30,500 nucleotides of DNA from a virus. Its lineage: Duplodnaviria; Caudoviricetes. Position numbers and translations under genes: made by a program. The stretch covers positions 1 through 30,500 of IMG/VR virus record IMGVR_UViG_3300045411_000040, one strand, 5' to 3'. Below are positions 27,285 through 30,500 of this stretch, one piece after another; the first letter of the stretch is position 1; each line of letters opens with the position of its first letter. Under the pieces are notes generated by a model that ran no database searches, had not been told where the DNA came from, and saw nothing but the letters and a program-made list of their open reading frames with translations.

Positions 27285-28612
27285 ACCTCCAGATTAAGAG
27301 GGGTAGGCTGTACCGTATAGCCGACAGTATTTACTAAGTAATAAATCAACGCTTTGCAAGCGTGGTCGTTTTTATCTTTTGGCTTCAATGTATTCTCATC
27401 TCTAAGCCATAAACCGCCACCCTGAACGGGAGATTTACAGCCGCCCATTTCGCTTATAATCCCGTGGCATTTGTGATTAAAGACTAATTTGGGTTTATAT
27501 AGCGGTGGAGGCGAAAGTAAAAGTGAGCGCATGAGATTTATACCATCTTCAACGGGCACGGATTGACAGGCTAGGTAAATCCCAGCCTTTTCTTGCCATA
27601 CTGCAACTGGAGCCTCCATAGCTTGATGCTGTTTACCAGCAATGTCTATAGCCCCACTGATAACCTTACCCCACCATAATTTTTGTTTGCATATTTCGAT
27701 TATTTCCTCAGTCGTATAGCCCTGGAGATAAACCTCATCTATCACGGCTATTTGAGATTCTAATTTTTGTATAGCCAAAACAGCATGTGCGCCAGCATAG
27801 CCAGGGTCTACTGCAATCTCGACAGGGTTATCGGGATTAAATTCATATTCGCCGACATGAATCGGGACAGAAAATTCCGCCATTACCAGATTTGCAGGCT
27901 TGCAAGGAACCCCAGCGTATCTTTGCTTAAAGAAATCTGGTGGGTTCGAGGCTTCTAATTTTAAAATCTCCTCATCGTTACGCCCGCCTGGGAAGATTTT
28001 TATATTACTCCATGTGGGGAGTGAGAAGGATGCCCCATCATCTTCATTGGGGATTTGCCATTTGGTAAAAAAATCGTTATACCATCCAGAATAATCTTCA
28101 AATGTTCCCGTCATTATAAGGGATGCACGTTTTTCAGCGATTCTCCCCAAAAGCCATAAATAAATCTCGTATTCTAATTGTGCTGCCTCGCAGACAATTA
28201 TGAAATTTGGTGCCTGCCCACCCAGGGTCTTGGGGTCGGTGGCAGATTTAGTTTCGATATGGCAACCCGCCTCAGTATCAGCAGTTAAAGACCCCTCCCG
28301 ATTGGTAGAATAATCCCTTAGAAAACCGAGAGTTTGCAAGTCCTGAATTATATAATCCCACTCCGCCCCTCGTGGGGTAGCGTATGTCGGAGCAACAATC
28401 CAACCTAATTTATTACGTGGGTCGGCGGCTTTAAGAATAGCCTCCCTTGCCCCCGTGAGGGATTTTCCCGCTCGCCAGCCGCCAGCCACCAATTTTATTC
28501 TCGCCGAACTATCGTGTATCCTGGATTGCTCTGGGGTGGGGAAGTAATTCAACTCCTTGAATATTCTCTCCCGATAATGCCTGAGCGTCATCTTCCTTCC
28601 TACCGAGTTCAT
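27272..28612 (-). CDS. terL: Terminase large subunit
   Basis: PTPEQ, Walker A GWRAGKS, WIVAPTY, Walker B-like IIVCEAA, TGT, nuclease AVDPG. Alternative start ATG 28591. Confidence 0.93.
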   Translation of the reverse strand: MNSVGRKMTLRHYRERIFKELNYFPTPEQSRIHDSSARIKLVAGGWRAGKSLTGAREAILKAADPRNKLGWIVAPTYATPRGAEWDYIIQDLQTLGFLRDYSTNREGSLTADTEAGCHIETKSATDPKTLGGQAPNFIIVCEAAQLEYEIYLWLLGRIAEKRASLIMTGTFEDYSGWYNDFFTKWQIPNEDDGASFSLPTWSNIKIFPGGRNDEEILKLEASNPPDFFKQRYAGVPCKPANLVMAEFSVPIHVGEYEFNPDNPVEIAVDPGYAGAHAVLAIQKLESQIAVIDEVYLQGYTTEEIIEICKQKLWWGKVISGAIDIAGKQHQAMEAPVAVWQEKAGIYLACQSVPVEDGINLMRSLLLSPPPLYKPKLVFNHKCHGIISEMGGCKSPVQGGGLWLRDENTLKPKDKNDHACKALIYYLVNTVGYTVQPTPLNLEVWRI

Positions 28613-28997
28613 CTACTAAGTCTTTATACATCTGCCGCGCCTTTTCTTTTGCAGTAGTATGCACGAGTTCATAAGAAGCTTTAGGGTTATATTTCTCGCC
28701 GAGGTTGCCGTTAAGCCACATAGCGAGGGCTAAAAATTGATTCTTTTTCAATTCAAGTTGCCCCATAGCGGCTTGGTATAAAAGGCTCTCGGCGTTGTCA
28801 ACGCAAATCTCATGCGCCGCCTTAAACGCCTCGGCAAAATGGGGGTCTTTCATCCAGTTGCGAAATGTATTCAGGCTGGAAATCCCTATTTGTTGCAGGG
28901 CGTGTTGTTTCCCAAAACTTGTCTTATAAACTTCCAAAAACGCAGCCTTATTAGCCGCCGTTTCTTCAATAGTCCTTTTCCCCCGCCTACCCATCAC
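28509..28997 (-). CDS. terS: Terminase small subunit (HTH)
   Basis: KAAFLE..ALQQIGI..TFRNWMKDPHFAEAF..ESLLYQAA, directly upstream of terL. Confidence 0.8.
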   Translation of the reverse strand: MMGRRGKRTIEETAANKAAFLEVYKTSFGKQHALQQIGISSLNTFRNWMKDPHFAEAFKAAHEICVDNAESLLYQAAMGQLELKKNQFLALAMWLNGNLGEKYNPKASYELVHTTAKEKARQMYKDLVDELGRKEDDAQALSGENIQGVELLPHPRAIQDTR

Positions 28998-29160
28998 TAA
29001 ACCTCTTAAATTTCTTATTCGACCGAGCCAATTCCAATGGCATAGGTCTAACAGATAGGTCTAACAGGTCTAACACGGGCTGGTTCTTTAATGGCTTTGT
29101 AGCTCTCCGCTTTCTCATATATTCTCGCTGATAATCTGTTTTCGCTTTGCCTTTAAGCAT
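28987..29160 (-). CDS. Small basic helical protein (57 aa, not in ORF track)
   Basis: MLKGKAKTDYQREYMRKRRATKPLKNQPVLDLLDLSVRPMPLELARSNKKFKRFSDG*. SD GGGGAG, stop overlaps the terS start. Confidence 0.7.
   Translation of the reverse strand: MLKGKAKTDYQREYMRKRRATKPLKNQPVLDLLDLSVRPMPLELARSNKKFKRFSDG
29042..29075 (+). repeat. Three tandem AGGTCTAACA repeats
   Basis: ATAGGTCTAACA g ATAGGTCTAACA GGTCTAACA. Confidence 0.9.
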
Positions 29161-29374
29161 TATCTCCCCGAAAGCCTTTTGGGATTTTAAAATCTGGAGG
29201 GATAGGTATCTATATATAGCCTACCCGTGGGGGGCTCTCCCCCCTCCCGCGTGATGCGTGCCCGTTCCCTTTAAATTCCCCACTAAACCATCCCCCCCAC
29301 TCGTGCGGTGGGGTAGGGATGGGTGGGTACATTATATACAAATGGGTAATTGGGGTTTAGATTGAACGTAAACT

Positions 29375-29403
29375 GGTTCGCAGAATTGACCATTGTGCGA
29401 AGT
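29375..29403. other. Xer/dif-like tyrosine recombinase site candidate
   Basis: GGTTCGCAGAA-TTGACCA-TTGTGCGAAGT. The left arm matches the E. coli dif XerC arm GGTGCGCATAA at 9/11. Confidence 0.5.
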
Positions 29404-29498
29404 AATTAGGGCTAGGGGATTCTTTTTGTTGCAGCAATAACTGTCAAATATCCCCCTTTACGTCTTTAGGCGTAGGGCATATCCTGAATGGGGATATG

Positions 29499-29662
29499 CT
29501 ACGCAATATCAAGAGACTCTATAAACTCCATGACTTTTGGGGATAGAGGGGAAGCTTTAAAGCATTTTTCGATAAACTCTAATTCCTGGCTGAGTTCTGT
29601 AAAGAATTTCAATACCGGTACATACTCCCCGAGCCATCATCGTATCTAATTATTTTCCGCAT
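29499..29662 (-). pseudogene. Frameshifted small ORF
   Basis: Adding one G to the G4 run (29627-29630) gives MRKIIRYDDGSGEYVPVLKFFTELSQELEFIEKCFKASPLSPKVMEFIESLDIA*. A hairpin at 29470-29504 overlaps its stop. Confidence 0.35.
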
Positions 29663-29800
29663 AGGACTAAACCCCTGATTCTTTATGGTTTATTTCCTTA
29701 ATGGGTTCTACAGATACTATTCCCCGATTTTGAGGTCGCCCCGCTTTCAGTTTGGGTAGCGCTGCACAACTCTTGGGCGTATTGAAACTCAGCTGCATAG

Positions 29801-29830
29801 ATTCTAATATGCAATCCCTTATCCTGTCAA
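29801..29830 (-). promoter_or_regulatory. Leftward sigma70-like promoter
   Basis: TTGACA, 18 nt, TAGAAT. Confidence 0.6.
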
Positions 29831-29833
29831 ATC

Positions 29834-29897
29834 CTATAAAATTTTTGTGAAAAACCCGCCAAAACCCCTTGACAACCTTGCAACAATGTGTTATCAT
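29834..29897 (+). promoter_or_regulatory. Rightward early sigma70-like promoter
   Basis: TTGACA (29869-29874), 17 nt, TATCAT (29892-29897), extended TG, upstream A/T tracts. Confidence 0.75.
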
Positions 29898-29922
29898 GAG
29901 GGTGGAGGCTAAACGAAAGCAC

Positions 29923-30210
29923 CTTAACAACTGAATAGTGGGCGGGTAGGAAAGGAGATAGAGTAATGCCTATCGGATTTTGGGCGATAAGTCGGAATGA
30001 CTTAAAAGAACTTTGGGAAACCAAAAACGAGCTTTACCCAGCAGAGAAGGTTACCTATACCGAGCATGACCTTGATATGCTAGCTAAAAACTTACCCGAA
30101 TGCTTAGATGCTGTGGTCGATTTGGAGCTTGGGGTGCAGAGAGAGCACCGCAGAATACAAAATAGGAAACATTAAATAGGAGTTTACCCGCTCACTATTC
30201 AGGGGTTAAG
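29923..30210 (+). repeat. 26-bp imperfect inverted repeat (RNA stalk) flanking the first early ORF
   Basis: CTTAACaaCTGAATAGTGGGCGGGTA (29923-29948) pairs with TACCCGCTCACTATTCAGggGTTAAG (30185-30210). Confidence 0.85.
29966..30175 (+). CDS. Small early protein
   Basis: 69 aa, strong SD AGGAAAGGAG, first ORF after the promoter. Confidence 0.7.
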   Translation: MPIGFWAISRNDLKELWETKNELYPAEKVTYTEHDLDMLAKNLPECLDAVVDLELGVQREHRRIQNRKH

Positions 30211-30238
30211 AGATAAAATAAAAAAAGGAGAGACAAAA

Positions 30239-30373
30239 ATGTTTGAAGTAATAAGACACAGCAAGGCTACAAGTTTCCAGAGATGCGGTCACAAGCATCG
30301 TTCCAAGAAAGCTGCAGAGAGGTGCCTTAAAAAACATGGCAAAGATAAGGGCTGGAAGTTAAGTAATTACTAA
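30239..30373 (+). CDS. Small basic early protein with C-x-H-x-H...C motif (44 aa, not in ORF track)
   Basis: MFEVIRHSKATSFQRCGHKHRSKKAAERCLKKHGKDKGWKLSNY*. SD AAGGAG. Confidence 0.7.
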   Translation: MFEVIRHSKATSFQRCGHKHRSKKAAERCLKKHGKDKGWKLSNY

Positions 30374-30459
30374 GTGTAAGTAACACTGCTAAAGCCATAC
30401 ACCATTCTCCCCAAGGAAAGGAGGAAAGGAGTACAAACACTTAATAGGAGGTTAAGGAA

Positions 30460-30500
30460 ATGGAAAAAGATGGCTTTGAAAACTTTGAGTCTTACTATGG
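30460..30500 (+). CDS. Start of a further early ORF (partial)
   Basis: SD AGGAGG then MEKDGFENFESYY, running off the window. Confidence 0.5.
   Translation, partial: MEKDGFENFESYY

Larger units (their letters stand above)
1688..30500. mobile_element. Tailed phage/prophage genome segment, podovirus-like, probable Chloroflexota (Dehalococcoidia-like) host
   Basis: Contiguous terS-terL-portal-scaffold-capsid-adaptor-tail-lysis order with tight gene overlaps. Host inferred from recalled protein resemblance. Boundaries not defined. Confidence 0.9.

Noticed and set aside
120-29000. Most plus-strand ORFs in the track (e.g. 7499-7975, 22298-22993, 23246-23758)
   Set aside because: Antisense shadows of well-supported minus-strand genes with no recognisable motifs.
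29667-30024. Minus-strand ORFs 29667-29930 and 29827-30024
   Set aside because: They run across the divergent promoters and the early gene start and show no protein-like signal.
29000-30500. tRNA or known riboswitch in the control region
   Set aside because: No cloverleaf with T-loop and no riboswitch consensus recognisable by eye.

Overview
Nearly the whole window (about 1.69-30.5 kb) is a tailed dsDNA phage or prophage, mostly on the minus strand. Reading right to left it has: small and large terminase, portal, a 1596-aa probable internal/ejection protein, scaffold, major capsid, a decoration/fibre protein, several small head-tail proteins, an adaptor, a tail protein and a 950-aa repetitive Ig/FN3-like adhesin. 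Next come a lysis-position cassette, a PQ-loop/DNA methyltransferase/metallophosphoesterase cassette, an RHH regulator, small early genes and a Cas4-like nuclease. No tape measure, sheath or tube is recognisable, so a podovirus-like virion is inferred. The capsid, adaptor and tail proteins resemble, from memory and not from a search, those of Chloroflexota (Dehalococcoidia) prophages. Bases 1-1634 hold the 5' part of a fused endonuclease/N6-adenine methyltransferase gene that the ORF track missed. The 29.0-30.2 kb control region has divergent sigma70-like promoters, a Xer/dif-like palindrome, GC-rich hairpins and a long RNA stalk enclosing an early ORF. The best candidate for an undescribed system is the lysis cassette: holin-like genes plus two tandem papain/transglutaminase-like cysteine proteases and no recognisable peptidoglycan hydrolase. 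No tRNA, rRNA, CRISPR array or integrase was seen.
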